64,000 nt of DNA from the human T2T-CHM13v2.0 reference genome, Homo sapiens. The position numbers and the translations under genes are program-made. The notes beneath the pieces are model-generated. The model made no database searches, was not told where the DNA came from, and worked only from the letters and a program-made list of their open reading frames with translations. The first letter of the stretch is position 1; every line of letters begins with the position of its first letter. Below are positions 17,896 through 32,835 of the stretch, piece after piece. The DNA is taken from assembly GCF_009914755.1 (NCBI RefSeq), contig NC_060933.1. One strand, 5' to 3'.

Positions 17896-19301
17896 TTTAA
17901 TATGTTTATATAAATATTAACATATATATTTAATATTTTCCAGTCCTTATCTCAATGCTCTTGATTGATAATGAGGGGCAGTGAAAGTCATTACAGAGAT
18001 ATACAAAGTTTACATTAACTGTATCTAGATGTAGAGTTTTTTAAATCATTTGAACTGAGTTTCAACATTTTTTTAAAGCAATAAATGAAAGCCTTCAGAG
18101 TGCAAAAATTTTTAATATGATATTAATTTGAAAACCTCAAAGTCTCTGCAGTGATTTTAAATATGATGCAGCCTTCTACTCTAAAAATATGAAATCTAGA
18201 TTATTAAAGTATTACTAGAATATGGCTTTAGTTGTTAATTTAAAAATCTAAATAAAATACAACAGTTTTTATGACAGTTCTGAGGGGAAAAAAACACTGT
18301 GGATTGTGTAGGAGTTAAAGGCTGAATCTTCATTTCCTGCTCTCTGAAACTGTACCAGTGATTGACAACCACAAAATAGAGAAAGATTAATGCAGAATAT
18401 GTCAGTGTAGCAGATAAATTCCACACTTCATAAAACATTTTTTCACAGAGATTAAAAAAATAGAACATTATCAAGAGAACACAACCCCTGGGTAATAAAT
18501 GTTAATATTTACATCAATATATAATATACTATAAATATTAATATTTAAATGACACTGGAGATAACCTAAGGAAAAACTATCAGTTTGACTGGGCCACAGG
18601 GTGGCTCAGATATTTGGTCAAACATTATTCTGTGTGTCTGTGAGGGTGTTTTCTGAATGAGATTAACATTTGAATCTCTAGCTGAGTGAAGCCCACTGCA
18701 CTCCCCAATATGGATGGTCCTCATCCTCTTGGTGGGAGGCCTGAATAGAACAAAACAGCTGACCCTCCCGTGAGTACTGGGGAGCTCCTTTTGCCTGACT
18801 GTGTGAACTGGGACATTGGTCTTTTCCTACCTTCTTAAATGAACGAAAACATTGGCTCTTCTTGAGCCTCAAGGCTGCAAGCTTTTGGACTATACCTTAC
18901 CTCTGCTGGGTCTCCAACTTGCTGACTTCAAATTTCCATACTAATCAGCTTCTGTCATTACTTGAGCCAATTCTCAATTCTTTAGACAGTCCCCAACTTA
19001 CAATGGTTCAAAATGATTTTGCAGCTAATGATGGTGTGGGCTGTTTTGTTTTTATTTAATAAATTGACAATTACTTTAGCTAAAATAATAAAGATTGCAT
19101 TTTGTTTTTTACTTTCAACATAGTATTTAATAAGTTACATTAAATATTCAACACTTCATTATAAAATAGGCTTTGTGTTACATGATTTGGCCCAAACATA
19201 GGCTAAATGTATGCTAATGTAAGTGTTCTGAGCACATTTAAGGTAGGCTAAGCTAAGCTATGAGGTCCAGTAGGTTAGGTGTATTAAATGCATTTTCAAC
19301 T

Positions 19302-20160
19302 TGTCAGAGACAAGTGAACCAGAGCAACTCCATCTTAAATAGGAGCTGGGTAAAATGAGGCTGAAATCTCCTGGGCTGCATTCCCAGATGGTTAAGGCAT
19401 TCTAAGTCATAGAATGAGATAGGAGGTCAGCACAAAATACAGATCATAAAGACCTTGCTGATAAAACAGTTTGCAGTAAAGCAACCAGCCAAAACCCACC
19501 CAAACCAAAATTGCGATGAGAGTGACTCTGGTCGTCCTCACTGCTACTCTCCCACCAGCACCATGACAGTTTACAGATGCCATGGCAACGTCAGAAAGTT
19601 ACCCTATATGGTCTAAAAGGGGAGGGATGAATAATCCACCCCTTGTTTGGCAAATCTCAAGAAATAACCATAAAAATGGGCAACCGGCCGGGTGTGGTGG
19701 CTCACGCCTCTAATCCCAGCACTTTTGGAGGCCGAGGCGGGTGGATCACAAGGTCGGCAGTTTGAGACCAGCCTGACCAATATGGTGAAACCCTGTCTCT
19801 ACTAAAAATACAAAAATTAGCCAGGCCTGGTGGTGCACGCCTGTGATCCCAGCTGCTCAGGAGGCTGAGGCAGGAGAATCACTTGAGCCCTGGAAGGGGA
19901 GGTTGCAGTGAGCCTAGATAGTGCCACTGCACTTCAGGCTGGGCAACAGAGCAAGACTCCATCTCAAAAAAAAAAAAAAACAAAACCGCAATCAGCAGCC
20001 CTTGGGGCTGCTCTTTCTATGGAGTAACCATTCTTTTATTCCTTTACTTTCTTAATAAACTTACTTTCATTTTGCACTGTGAACTCACCCTGAATTCTTT
20101 CTTGCACAAGATCCAGGAACCCTCTCTTGGGGTCTGGATCTGGACCTCTTTCCTGTAACA
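19302..20160 (+). mobile_element. MER41A ERV1 solo LTR
   Basis: tgtcagag...gaaccagagcaactccatctt...ttcctgtaaca; TSD AACT; lacks the GAS-bearing segment. Confidence 0.9.
19686..19985 (+). mobile_element. AluS inside MER41A
   Basis: full dimer. Confidence 0.95.
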
Positions 20161-20210
20161 AACTTATGATGGGTTTATTGTGACATAACCCCATTGTAAG
20201 TTGAGGAACA

Positions 20211-20212
<2 letters not shown>

Positions 20213-20263
<51 letters not shown>
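20213..20263. repeat. (TG)~25 microsatellite
   Basis: seen directly. Confidence 0.95.
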
Positions 20264-20264
<1 letters not shown>

Positions 20265-20665
20265 TATGTGTAGACAGAGATAGAAAGAGATAGAGAGAGA
20301 CAGTACTCTAGAGAAACCTTACTAATAATATATGTAGAACAAACAAACAAAACAAAACCATTTCTATATTATGTCACACCTAACTTGTTGCTTTCCGCTC
20401 TGGTATTATTGTTGAATAAATGAACAAATGCCACACAGTTACAAAATGATACTTTTTCCATTTTTATAGCCAATTCAAACAGAAAAGCAATCTTATGGAT
20501 ACTATGGTCCACATCATAAAAGCATATTTTATTTTTGTATTTTATAGAGTAGATACTGTCAATAAACATTAATCTAAAAATTAATTTTTAGATTAATGGC
20601 GGCCATACTAGTTATAGTTTATGAATCATGTTTGGTCAACTAGTAGCAGGATATAATTTCTACTT

Positions 20666-20945
<280 letters not shown>

Positions 20946-21048
20946 TCATGTATATGGACTTAGTTCCTTTAACGTGAAATAATGCCCCATATGTGTACAC
21001 TCCACTGATTTGTAGGAAAAAATTGATGCAAGGATGAGGGATGCATAA

Positions 21049-21400
<352 letters not shown>

Positions 21401-21996
21401 CCAGTATCTCTCAATCTTGATTTAGGGGTTAGAGACTTCTTGGCCCCGACTTTGTGACCACTTTCACTAGTTATCTCCATGCCCGCTCTGGAGAAGTGAA
21501 GCTAGGGAGGCCTTCAGCTGCTGGCTCACTAGGAAGCACTCACAGCGGGAGGGAGCCGACTCTGCCCTCCAGGTGGTTTTAGGTCCACATCTGTGGAGGG
21601 CCAGGAGCTGGTAACTATTCTGTGATGCACGTTGAATTTTCTCCACTGTAACTCATTCCTTGGACATCTTGTCAGTTCACTCACAAATGATATGTTGACA
21701 GTATTTGTGTTAGAACAGCGTGTCCTAAAGTGACATTTTACATGTAGCTGCTTTGTGCATTTATCTTTTATAATACAAAACTATTATCCTTAAAAAAAAG
21801 TCATTTAAGTACAAACTTAAAAAAGACTTTCGGAAGTAGTTACCAATTTAGGGATACACCTGGGATACGATATTATTCTTTTTAATCAAAACTTCAGCCC
21901 CATGGAAAATGTAGCAGTAGACACTTTAGATGACAGTGACACAAATCATATCCTTTTATGTTTGGGTAGGCTTTAACTTCTAAAATCATCTCTTAC

Positions 21997-22220
21997 CTCA
22001 TTCTCCTACTTTTAAGGAAAAAAGTTTCATTTTACCTTGGCATGTCATGACTGCTGACATGATTTCCAACATGCCATTAAATAGAATCATCTTGAAGAAG
22101 GAAGGAGGGGAAGGAAGTGGAGGAAGAAAACCCAGATTATCACAGGCTCTGGTAAACATTTGATAGGAATCACTATCTCCCTTGGTCCTCAAAAAACTCC
22201 ACAAACCAGATATTGTGCAT
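21997..22220 (-). ncRNA. candidate internal exon of a minus-strand non-coding transcript
   Basis: acceptor cttgac-ctttctgctttgtatttctgcttttgccag|ATG; donor GAG|gtaaga (alternative AAG|gtaaaa at 22036); prediction only. Confidence 0.35.
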
Positions 22221-22497
22221 CTGGCAAAAGCAGAAATACAAAGCAGAAAGGTCAAGCAACTTGCCTCTGATTTCACTATTAAGGAGAGCAGAGCACAGCC
22301 TCAGGTTCAGGCCCTGGTTCTAGAGCCCCTGTTCTAACCACTGCTTGCGGCTGCCCACCCTGCAGAACATGCTGGCATACTATGCAGAGGCAAAGGCAAT
22401 ATTTTACTGAAATGTCAGAGGTTTATGTTATTGGCATACTACAGATGACCTTCCTTGTGGCCCCAATTTTGCTTCAAATAATAGAAAATGCACAGTA

Positions 22498-22625
22498 GGC
22501 TGGGGATGGTGGCTCACACCTGTAGTACCAGCACTTTGAGAGGCTGAGGTGGGAGGATCACTTGAGGCCAGGAATTTGAGACTAGCCTGGGCAACACAGA
22601 GAGACTGTCTCTACCAAACAAAGAA
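22498..22625 (+). mobile_element. FLAM / free left Alu monomer
   Basis: left arm only followed by A-rich tail. Confidence 0.85.
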
Positions 22626-23239
22626 AGTGCACAATAGTTCCACATACACATTTTACATCTGACAGAAACTAAGAAACAAAAATCTGGAATACCTCCACCT
22701 AAGACTGTACAGCCCCTGGTTACACAGATGTGACTGAATATTTCTGTGGTACTCTCAGGTTGCTGGTTCTCATTTCCATTCTGATTTCTGCATCTTTCCA
22801 CTTTCATGAATTGTATTTTACACTATGTAAGTTGCAACCATTTGGAAAAACAAACAAAAATAAGTATTTTTGCAGCTAATTAATTTATAAAGTTTTTATT
22901 TTTAATTCACCTCATTTCAATGGGGAAATAAGTATAAGATACAAAATAGAGTCATGAATAAAATAAAATAAAACGTGTATAATTGGTATTTCTACATGAA
23001 CATAAATGCATGAATATGTTGTTCAATTGCTTGGTCCGAGTAATACTTTTATTTCTGAGAGTACTTGCTGTCAAAGAAAGGTTGAAACATGATCAATTAC
23101 AAGACACTCAAGGTTAATAATAGAATTTAGAAAAAGCAATGGACAGGGATGCTGCATGGTAAAGTTGTAGAGATCAGATATCAGCCCCAATTTTCTTTTT
23201 TTTTATACAGTGGTGATGATGATGTTGATGTTAATAATC

Positions 23240-23395
23240 ATCTTAACATTTACTGAGTATTAATATTACGTCTGCACTGTTGTAGCACTTTGCATGTATT
23301 AACTCATCGCCTCTTCACAGAAGCCCTAGGAGGTAATATATCAGTAATATTTGCATTTTACAGAGGCAGGAAGACAGAACTGCCAAGGTCACAAG
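23240..23395 (-). mobile_element. MIR fragment
   Basis: catttactgag...ctttgcatgtattaactcat...cattttacagag...caaggtcaca. Confidence 0.65.
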
Positions 23396-24137
23396 GTATA
23401 TTAGTTTGCTAGAGACATCATAACAAAGTGCCACACACTGGGTGACTTAAACAATGGGCATTTTTTGTCTGACAGTTCTGGAGGATAGAAGTCTAACACT
23501 AAGGTGCCAGCAGGGTTGGCTCCTTCTGAAGGCTATGAACAAAGCATCTATTCCAGGCCTCTTTCCTGGTTTTGTAGACACCTGTCTTCTTCTTTGATCT
23601 CTTCACATCATCTTCCCTCTACGTGTGTCTGTCTCCAAATTTCCCTTTTTACAAGGATATTAGTCAAATTGGATTAGGGTCCCTTCACAACAACCTCATT
23701 TTAACTCCCATGTAAAGACCCTATGTCCAAATAATTCCTGGGTTCTGCAGTACTCAGTGTTTAAAAATTCAACATATGGGCTGGGCATGGTGGCTCACAC
23801 CTGTAATCCTAGCACTTTGGGAGGCTGAGGCAGGCGGATCACCTGAGGTCAGGAGTTTGAGACAAGCCTGACCAACATGGCAAAAACCCATCTCTACTAA
23901 AGGTACAAAAATTAGCTGGGCATGGTGGCAGGCACCTGTAATCCCAGCTACTCAGGAGGCTGAGGCAGGAGAATCACTTCAACCCAGCAGCTGGAAGTTG
24001 CAGTGAGCTGAGATAGGGCCATTGCACTCCAGTCTGGGTGACAGAGTGAGACTCTGCCTCAAAAAAACTAAATAAATAAAAATAAAATAAAAATTCAACA
24101 TTTGAATTCTGAGAGATGCATGGTTCAACCTCTAACA
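23396..24137 (-). mobile_element. MLT1B/C-like MaLR LTR with nested Alu
   Basis: tattagtttgctag...cataacaaagtgccaca...cagttctggagg...ttcaacctctaaca. Confidence 0.8.
23779..24090 (+). mobile_element. AluS
   Basis: full dimer; TSD aaaaattcaacat. Confidence 0.95.
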
Positions 24138-24811
24138 CACGGCCAGGAGATCTGCACACAGGCAGCCTGGCCCTGCACCCAGCCTCAGGGCTATTCAGAG
24201 TGTGGTCTGTGACCCGCAACCTCAAGTGCCACCCTGGGTTTCCCTTAGTTCCTTGAACACCTTTTTTTCAGTAAGTCTTTAGGAAGGTAACATAATGTAG
24301 GTAATTCATTCAAAGTAAGAATGTAGCTCCATTAATGACATGAGTGCATTCTGTCCTGGTTTTGTTGGATTATTTTATTCTTCCCCCTTATTTGTCCTCC
24401 CTGGATGTTAAGTCAGTCCTGTTGGGTGATGTAAAAAGGGCGAGTGTGATCTCAGGGCTCTTAGAGAGAGGGTCAACACCGTGACAGCATCAGTCAGGCA
24501 GTTTCTCACAGGAGCCATCGGCTTCCTGCGGCTTCCTCCGGAGCCTTCCTTCCTGCTGCTCCACAGGGGCTGCTGCATGGGAGACGCTGCCCTGCTGAGC
24601 TGTCATTTAAACTTATTCTGAAGATTAACAAGGCCCATCACTTGCAGATACTAAGCCCCTATCATGAACACAGTAAAATATTTACTTGAACAAATTAAAA
24701 TATTCTATTCAATGATGATTCAGAATAAATTAAAATACTGTAGAAGTGTGTTTTATGTAAATATTTTCTCTTTTGTTCTGGATTTTAATTATCTTGAATT
24801 TTTATTTGCAG

Positions 24812-24946
24812 AACATTTAAGGAAGTTTCTATTTTAAACCAGCCTTGGAGGGTTTTCATGACAAGGAATTGCACATTGGATGATCATTTCTACCTTTTGC
24901 AATAACTACTTCTTATTTGCAAGTTGTGTTTAAGTGAACAAAGACA
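24812..24946 (+). ncRNA. candidate 135-nt plus-strand exon (non-coding)
   Basis: acceptor ttttaat...tttttatttgcag|AAC; donor ACA|gtaagt; unique sequence; prediction only. Confidence 0.4.
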
Positions 24947-25440
24947 GTAAGTATTAAATAATTGAAAACTATTTTTTAGCAGATTTGTTGGATAACAACT
25001 ATTTAAGGAGGTTAAACAAATGCCCTTCAGATTTTCAGTCAATATTGGCTATTACTAAGCTGACTTGCTTCTTTAATCACAGGGCTTCATTTGAAGTCCA
25101 GTAACTATGACTTTGAGAAGATCCTTGGTTTCCACAGCATGTATGATTCATACCCACAGGTTTCCCTGTGAAACCTTTTCCAATCTTTTACACTATGCTT
25201 CAGAATCCTGTACCTCCTACTTAAAATAAAGAACACTTAACTAGTAAAAATATGATACTGCAAGATGAGTGTCACTAGATGATAGCATCATGCTTCCACT
25301 GTAACCCTGTCTTCATATTTAAATGCGGATACACTGTTTACTTCTTCATAACATAAAGAGATACCAAATACTTATTCAATACCTAACAATATGCAGCATT
25401 TATATGAACTTTGGGTAATCTTTCTCAAGTGGGTCCTAGA

Positions 25441-25441
<1 letters not shown>

Positions 25442-25471
<30 letters not shown>
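25442..25471. repeat. (CA)n microsatellite
   Basis: seen directly. Confidence 0.9.
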
Positions 25472-26956
25472 CTGAAAGTATCGATATAAAATATAGGTAC
25501 AAAAATGTTTCAGCAGAGATTACAGAAGAATGTTGAAACTGCATAAGGCATGTTCAGAAATTTCAGAGCCAGTTGAGCAGCAAAAAACACAGAAATCCTG
25601 TCAGGAGATACTATTTCCAAAATCCTCAGAACAAAACAGTCAAACTACAGCGAGAAACCTTAGAGTGTGTTCTTGGGCAAAATCTAAGAATTTAGCCAAG
25701 GTCAAAACCCGAAGTGTCAGAGTTCACCAGTTCTGTCATCATAATTTTTCCAGGACTCATTTTCCTCATCTGTATGATGAGGGGGTTAGCCTGGATAAAA
25801 TACAGGGCCTAACCAATGCCCTGTCTCTGTAAGGGCAGCAATATTGTGGAAGAATTTCTGCACTTTAAATATCCGTCTTGGCAGCAAATCCTCAGAGTCA
25901 TGAAGTAGCACGTCGTTTATCCTCGTGTATCTGGGCACAGATGCTAGTGTTACATCCATCCCTCACTACTCATCAACATGAGTCCAAGACATCGATCAGT
26001 TCTTTATTTAGAGATAAAATGACAGGATAGATCCTCTCTGTGTGTTTATTTCACAATTCCTTCATGACTTGCATTCCCCTTTCTCATCAGAATCAGTGCC
26101 CTCCATTTCTTCTTAAAGGATGGTATTTTGACATAAATGGAAATGATTTTTGCCTTCTGTGAGACAGGGGGTTTTTTCTCCACTTTCTTATAGGTCAATT
26201 TCCAAATCATGAATGACGGACTCACTAATTATAGTACTGTCAATGTTTTCTTGACAGGGTCTTTATTTTTTTCCTCCAGGAGACTTGGGAATGAGTACAT
26301 TCCTATCTAATGTGAAAATCCAAGGTTATTTTCCTTTTACATAAGATCACTTTTTCCCTTAGAAATCACATAGATGGATTATAGAAGACATTTTATAGGA
26401 AATTATAAAATCTAGGAAAAAGTTGCAATATTGCAAAATTGCTGTAATATGGCAAATGAACTGAAACATGGGGTTTCATATGACATCTAGTAAATTTTAT
26501 TATTTATACTGTGAAATCCCATTAAATGATGAAATTAAAATAGTTTAACCTGCTAAATTGTGTGTTCTTTTGACCGCTCTTGACAGGGTGGACAAAGGGT
26601 CAATTAAGAATCACCCTTTTTGATGCCAGACAAGCTCCAGTGAGTCAGAGCAAACACGTTCTGAAGTGTCTTACTCAACCACATCACAGAAACTGTCTCA
26701 ACATTTTGCCATTCTTAAAATTAGTCTCCCAAGTCTATTCATGATTCAAAGGTGGTGAACATCAGCTATATACTTTTCTGTTTTGCAGGTTACTTATAAT
26801 TCCTTAAGCTGTTTCTTCCCTCCATCTCTAACATTCTTTCATTCTTTGAAGATAAGCTATGGACAATTAGGGAAACATAACATAATTGTCTGTGCCCTTG
26901 CTTGGGTGTTTCAAATATTAGTATTGTAAAAATCTGTGACTTAGAGGGATTATTCT

Positions 26957-26977
26957 CACACACACACACACACACAC
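26957..26977. repeat. (CA)n microsatellite
   Basis: seen directly. Confidence 0.85.
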
Positions 26978-28653
26978 CTATTATCCACAGATTAACTTAT
27001 TCTACTCTTAAGAAAACATTTTATAGATGTATTCTCAATACTTCCCTTTACGGAGGATGTTTTTTCTATTATTAAATTTTAACCATACATAACTGGAAAT
27101 CAATTATACTGACCACCTGCCCATATGAGCTATTCAGGCATCATTTTTTTTCCCAACACGCTATGAGCTGTGATGAGAATGAGAAAAATAGCACTTGATA
27201 AGTCAACTCCACAACCCAACTCAGTATTCTACAAGGTTCTCTTTATATTTGATTCATTTGAGAGAAAAAACCCTGAGGGTGAATATAGAGTAGGTAATGT
27301 TCAAGGAAAAAAAAAGCCTATTTTAGATATTTTCCGTGTAATTCTCAGAATATGATTAAAGGAAAGATCTTTTGAATTCAGATTTCCATGGAAACACTCA
27401 CAGCATTTTTCAATGGCGAGTAAGTGAGCTACATGATCTAACAAACCATTTTCTTACTGAATTTAAAATTGTGTTAGTTAGACATTATCAGTTTCCCTCC
27501 CTGTTCACCATGAGCCTGAGTTGTTTCCCTAGGCTTGGTAACATCCTCTCCCCTTTCCTTGTCCCTGGGTTGCTGTTGTAAAGTATGCCATCCCTGTGGT
27601 TGTTAATTCTAATGCAAATTTATTAGTCAGGCCATTCTCAGCTCCCTATGATGGGCGTAGAAATGGGGAAGGTACCCTTGGTAGGTAACTTATCTCATTT
27701 TGATTTCTAAATGATGTAAATGTAATAGCTTAAAAAAAAATCTCCATATAACTGTTCTCTGCACCCTCTGATTGGGTAAATACTCATGCAAATTGACCAT
27801 CTTATCAAATATATTTTTATGAAAGTTAAAGAACCTGCACCACATACGTAGCAAGACAACTTCCAGTCACTTCTTACCCTCTGAGCCTTGGGCTTCTCTG
27901 CAGCTGGGCAATGCTGCACAAACAGCATAAATGCTCCAGTTGGGCATTTGGTCTTAGAGGGGTAAAAGATCTAAGAATGCTTTTGCCTGTTACACGATTG
28001 GGCAGGTTGTATTTCATTTTTAAATACAAAAGAAGTAAATAATCGATGTGCCAGAAATATATTTGAATTTTTGTCAGTTGACATTTCAGTAGCCATTATG
28101 GACCCAAAGTCATTTTGTTTAAGGAGCTGATACTGGATAATATATTTTTATTTAACAAAAGTTATGATAACATGTAGTCCACATGATCTGAACATGCGTG
28201 TCCTAAAAATATATTTGAAAATGAGAGAAATGCATATAGAGATGAGGAAAACCCTAGCTGAAAAGATAAATATATAGACGATAATTTTTTTTAATTTGGG
28301 GAGAAGATGATGAACATGAAAAGAATTATGAGTTTGAAAATCTGTCTACAGAAACATCAGGTAATTCCTTATCAGTGCACTTACAACACATTTCCTCATA
28401 TGCATGCCTGACAGCTGCCACAGCAAAGCTGCCATTCGAGAATTTCTTTTAAAAGTTAATGTACACAGATATCCATGAGAGACTTAGTATTTCCAGAAGC
28501 TTTCGATTGGGGTAGAGTTGAAAGGGAGGGTAATATTTTGCAGTGCTGTGGAATAAAGCAGCATCTGTCTCAATTACATCCAGCTCTTATATGCAGAAGA
28601 TTTCCCAAAGATGGCAGTTTTGATAAATATTGACCTCCAAAGCTCTATCATTT

Positions 28654-29099
28654 TGTCGACCTAAAAGGAAGAGGCTGAGACACAAACTCTGTAATTTAAA
28701 GAGTTTACTGAGCCAAAGTGAAGACAGTTGTCAGGAGGACTCGGACCCGTGTAACCTTGGATATGAGTTTGGCCTTTGTTACAAACAGATTTTTAAAGGC
28801 AAAAAAGAGGGAGAAGGCATGGCTGATACAAAGTTGTTTGTCAGGCATTCTTATTGATTTATAGAAATAACATTGATTAGTGATTGGCTATACATTGTTA
28901 AGCTACAGGGTGTGGGTTATAGCGTTTGCTCTGGCATTATTAGGTTAATTTATAGCTACTTGTGGCAATAAGCAGTTTCAGGAGATGAATACCTAGCTCA
29001 AAGCGGGGAGTAGGACTTGACTGCTGCCTCATTTTAATGTCTCTCTGGGCCTCATTATTTAAAAGGACTCACATTCCTCAGATAAAAGTTCTTTTCTCG
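28654..29099 (-). mobile_element. MER65-family ERV1 solo LTR
   Basis: reverse strand begins gagaaaagaacttttatctgaggaatgtgag...caggcccagagag; ends gtcgaca. Confidence 0.75.
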
Positions 29100-29462
29100 C
29101 CTTTTTTTTTTTTGAGTAATACAGAATCAATCAAGCAATATTGTCTCCATTGCACGAAGTAATGTGTTATTTACACCATGGATATTCTAAAATGAAACCA
29201 TGAATGTGAGTTGTTAAAAAAGCAAGTACAATAAAAAATGCATGTCCAAAAATGGATACTCCCAGGCTGAGGAGCTGAGCTGTCAGCAACGGGAATGATG
29301 ACTCTTGGCCTGCGAAAGTCACTGAAAATTGAATTTGAGGGCACAGAGGAGGATGGGAGTCAGTGGCTAAAGTTGTTGAGAAAGTCATTTACATTTTTCT
29401 TATTTATTATTTCTATTCTTCAGAGTCTAATATTTTCACTAATTTTAAAAAAACTTTTTCTT

Positions 29463-29770
<308 letters not shown>

Positions 29771-30064
29771 TTATAGTCCCCTAAATGTTTAACAATATTT
29801 AAACTATCTTCAATGGTTCTAAACACATTTGGTACCTTTAAAATTTTATTTCCTATTTTATAAGAAAGATGAGAGATTTGGATGTAAACACACAGTTTTG
29901 CATTTAGGTGTAATGATGTCTTGGCTCTTCAATCTGAAGAGAAAATATAATGACTAGTAATTAAGTTGGAAGTGGTATTTGAAAACCATCTATTAATTGT
30001 TTTACCTACTTTCTACTACCTAGTTTTAAGTTTCAACATAATTTTTAAAAAAATGTTTAATACT

Positions 30065-30393
<329 letters not shown>

Positions 30394-30977
30394 TCACTAT
30401 TCCTAGAATTGCATTTTATTTGTTGTTGTTGTTTTCCTTTCCCTGCTGGGCTGGGGTGGGTGGTGATATATGCAGTGATGTTTACAAGCAGAGAGGCTGT
30501 TGCAGCAGAGGTCTCATCTAACAGGGAGCCTTAATGAGCAGTGGCGCTTATAAATTAGGGAGATACTGAAGCACGCTCCAGATTCAGTCAGGACCTCAGG
30601 ATGAGAGCTTGGGGTTGGGGAAGAAAACATAAAAGTGGCTGAGTATTTTTGAGGGGTTGATGAGTCTAAGCCCACTTCTTAAGCTTTGCTCTTTGATTTC
30701 CTGTGTACTAGGTAGGTATTTACCTTCTCCTCCTCCTTTTTAAGCTGGGGTGCCTGCGAGCCTCCATGCAGCATTCGCTGGACAGTGCTGAGGAGTCAGT
30801 TATCAGTGCCGCTGGTGGACGTGAACGTTGCTCTGAGAAGCTGTGTGGCCAAGGGTGACATTTCCTCCAGGCAGGAAAGTCCATGAGTGTTGTTTCTTTG
30901 TCTTTGAATGAACAGTCAAGCCATGCCTCCAGACATCTTTGACATAAGCACAGGCCTCCACAAGACTTTTAAAATAC

Positions 30978-32239
30978 TCTAGGGGAGAAAAGTCCTATCT
31001 TTTCTTCACCCGCCACAAGGTTTACAGCCCAAAACCCCCATAACAAAAGACAGGTTAACAAGAGAAAAGCATAACAAAGGTATTTAATCAAAGTTTTGCT
31101 TGACACAGGAGGCTTCAGAAATGAAGACCCAAACACCCAGGGGGAAACTGTATTTTTATGTTAAATCTGATGAAAGAAGTGAATAGTTGTGGAGCAACGT
31201 AACTGGACAAAAGGGATATGATCTAATGGTAATAAACTGAGCAGAGCCCAGCAAGGCCTGTTTGTTCTGATTCTTCTTGGTCTCTCTGTGTGTAACCGCC
31301 CAATGGGTTCATCTAGCCCCCTGCCTAGACGGAGCTGATTTATCAAGACAGGGGAATTGCAACAGAGAAAGTGTAATACACACAGAACCAGCTGTGTGGG
31401 AGACTGAAGTTTTATTGTTGTTCAAATTAGTCTCCTGGAGCATTTGGGGATCAGAGTTTTTAAGGATAATTTGTGAACTGGTGGGGGGCAGTGAGTTGGG
31501 TGTGCTGATTGGTCAGGTCATAGGGAGTCAAAGCTGTCCTCTTGTGCTGAGTCAGTTCCTGAGTGGGGCCACAATATCAGATGAGCCAGTTTATCGATCG
31601 GGGTGATGGCTGCTGATCCATCAAGTGCAGCGTCTGCAAAATATCTCAAGAGCTGGTCTTAGGCTTTACAGTAGTGATGTTATCCCCTGGAGCAATCTGG
31701 AAAGAACCTCGTAGCCTCCAGCTGCATGACTCCTAAACCATAATTTCTAATCTTGTGACTAGTTTGTTAGTCCTACAAAGCCAGTCTAGTCCCTAAGCAA
31801 GAAAGGGATTTGTTTTGGGAAAGAGCTGTCATTATGTTCATTTTAATCTATAAATTATAAACTAAGTTCCTTCCAAAGTTAGTTCAGCCTACGCCAAGGA
31901 ATGACGAAGGACAGCTTGGAAGTTAGAAGCAAGATGGAGTTGGTTAGGTCAGATCTCTTTCACTGCCTCAGTTATAATTTTGCAATGACGGTTTCATGTG
32001 TAGCATTCCTTTCTCCAGGTAAGGGGCAGGACTCCTCTGGAATGAGGGTCTTATGAGCTCTCAGGGGAGGTAGGTAAAAGATAACCTTTCTAGATTTTAT
32101 GGCTTGTTTCAGGAGACAGAAGGATGGGAGAAGGCCAAAGAGAACTACTTGCTTCTAAAACCCTCCTGTCTCCTTTAGTGCAACAATCCACACATGCCAA
32201 GGCACCATACTTTGGGGTACTGTGCTCTGAGCTCCGATA
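30978..32239 (-). mobile_element. ERV1 solo LTR (MER39/MER34-group), split by LTR8
   Basis: TSD ATAC; reverse strand begins ggagctcagagcacagtaccccaaagtatggtgccttggcatg. Confidence 0.65.
31291..31996 (-). mobile_element. LTR8 ERV1 solo LTR
   Basis: reverse strand tgaaaccgtcattgcaaaattataactgaggcagtgaaagagatctgacctaacc; TSD TGTG. Confidence 0.9.
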
Positions 32240-32402
32240 ATACAAAGAAGTAGAACCATGTCACGCTAAATGTTTAATATGCAGCTGGGGGTTTTATCTA
32301 ATAAATGCAATAACAAATCATATCTCCTCATGACATTAGGGTTTTAGATAGGCACTCCATGGTCTCAAACAGATTTTAGCTTCAATCTCTACATAGCTGC
32401 TA

Positions 32403-32791
<389 letters not shown>

Positions 32792-32835
32792 TCAAGATAA
32801 TTAATTTTGTGTAATTACTGAACATATTAAAGGCT

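Larger units (their letters stand above)
18983..20214. mobile_element. MER47/Tigger5-like MITE, split by MER41A
   Basis: TIR-like ends agacagtccccaacttacaatgg / ccattgtaagttgaggaacatctg; aggtaggctaagctaagctatga core. Confidence 0.75.
18575..20330 (+). mobile_element. MLT2 (ERVL) LTR, interrupted
   Basis: tttgactgggccacagggtg...cagatatttggtcaaacattattctg start; ctctagagaaaccttactaata end. Confidence 0.75.
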
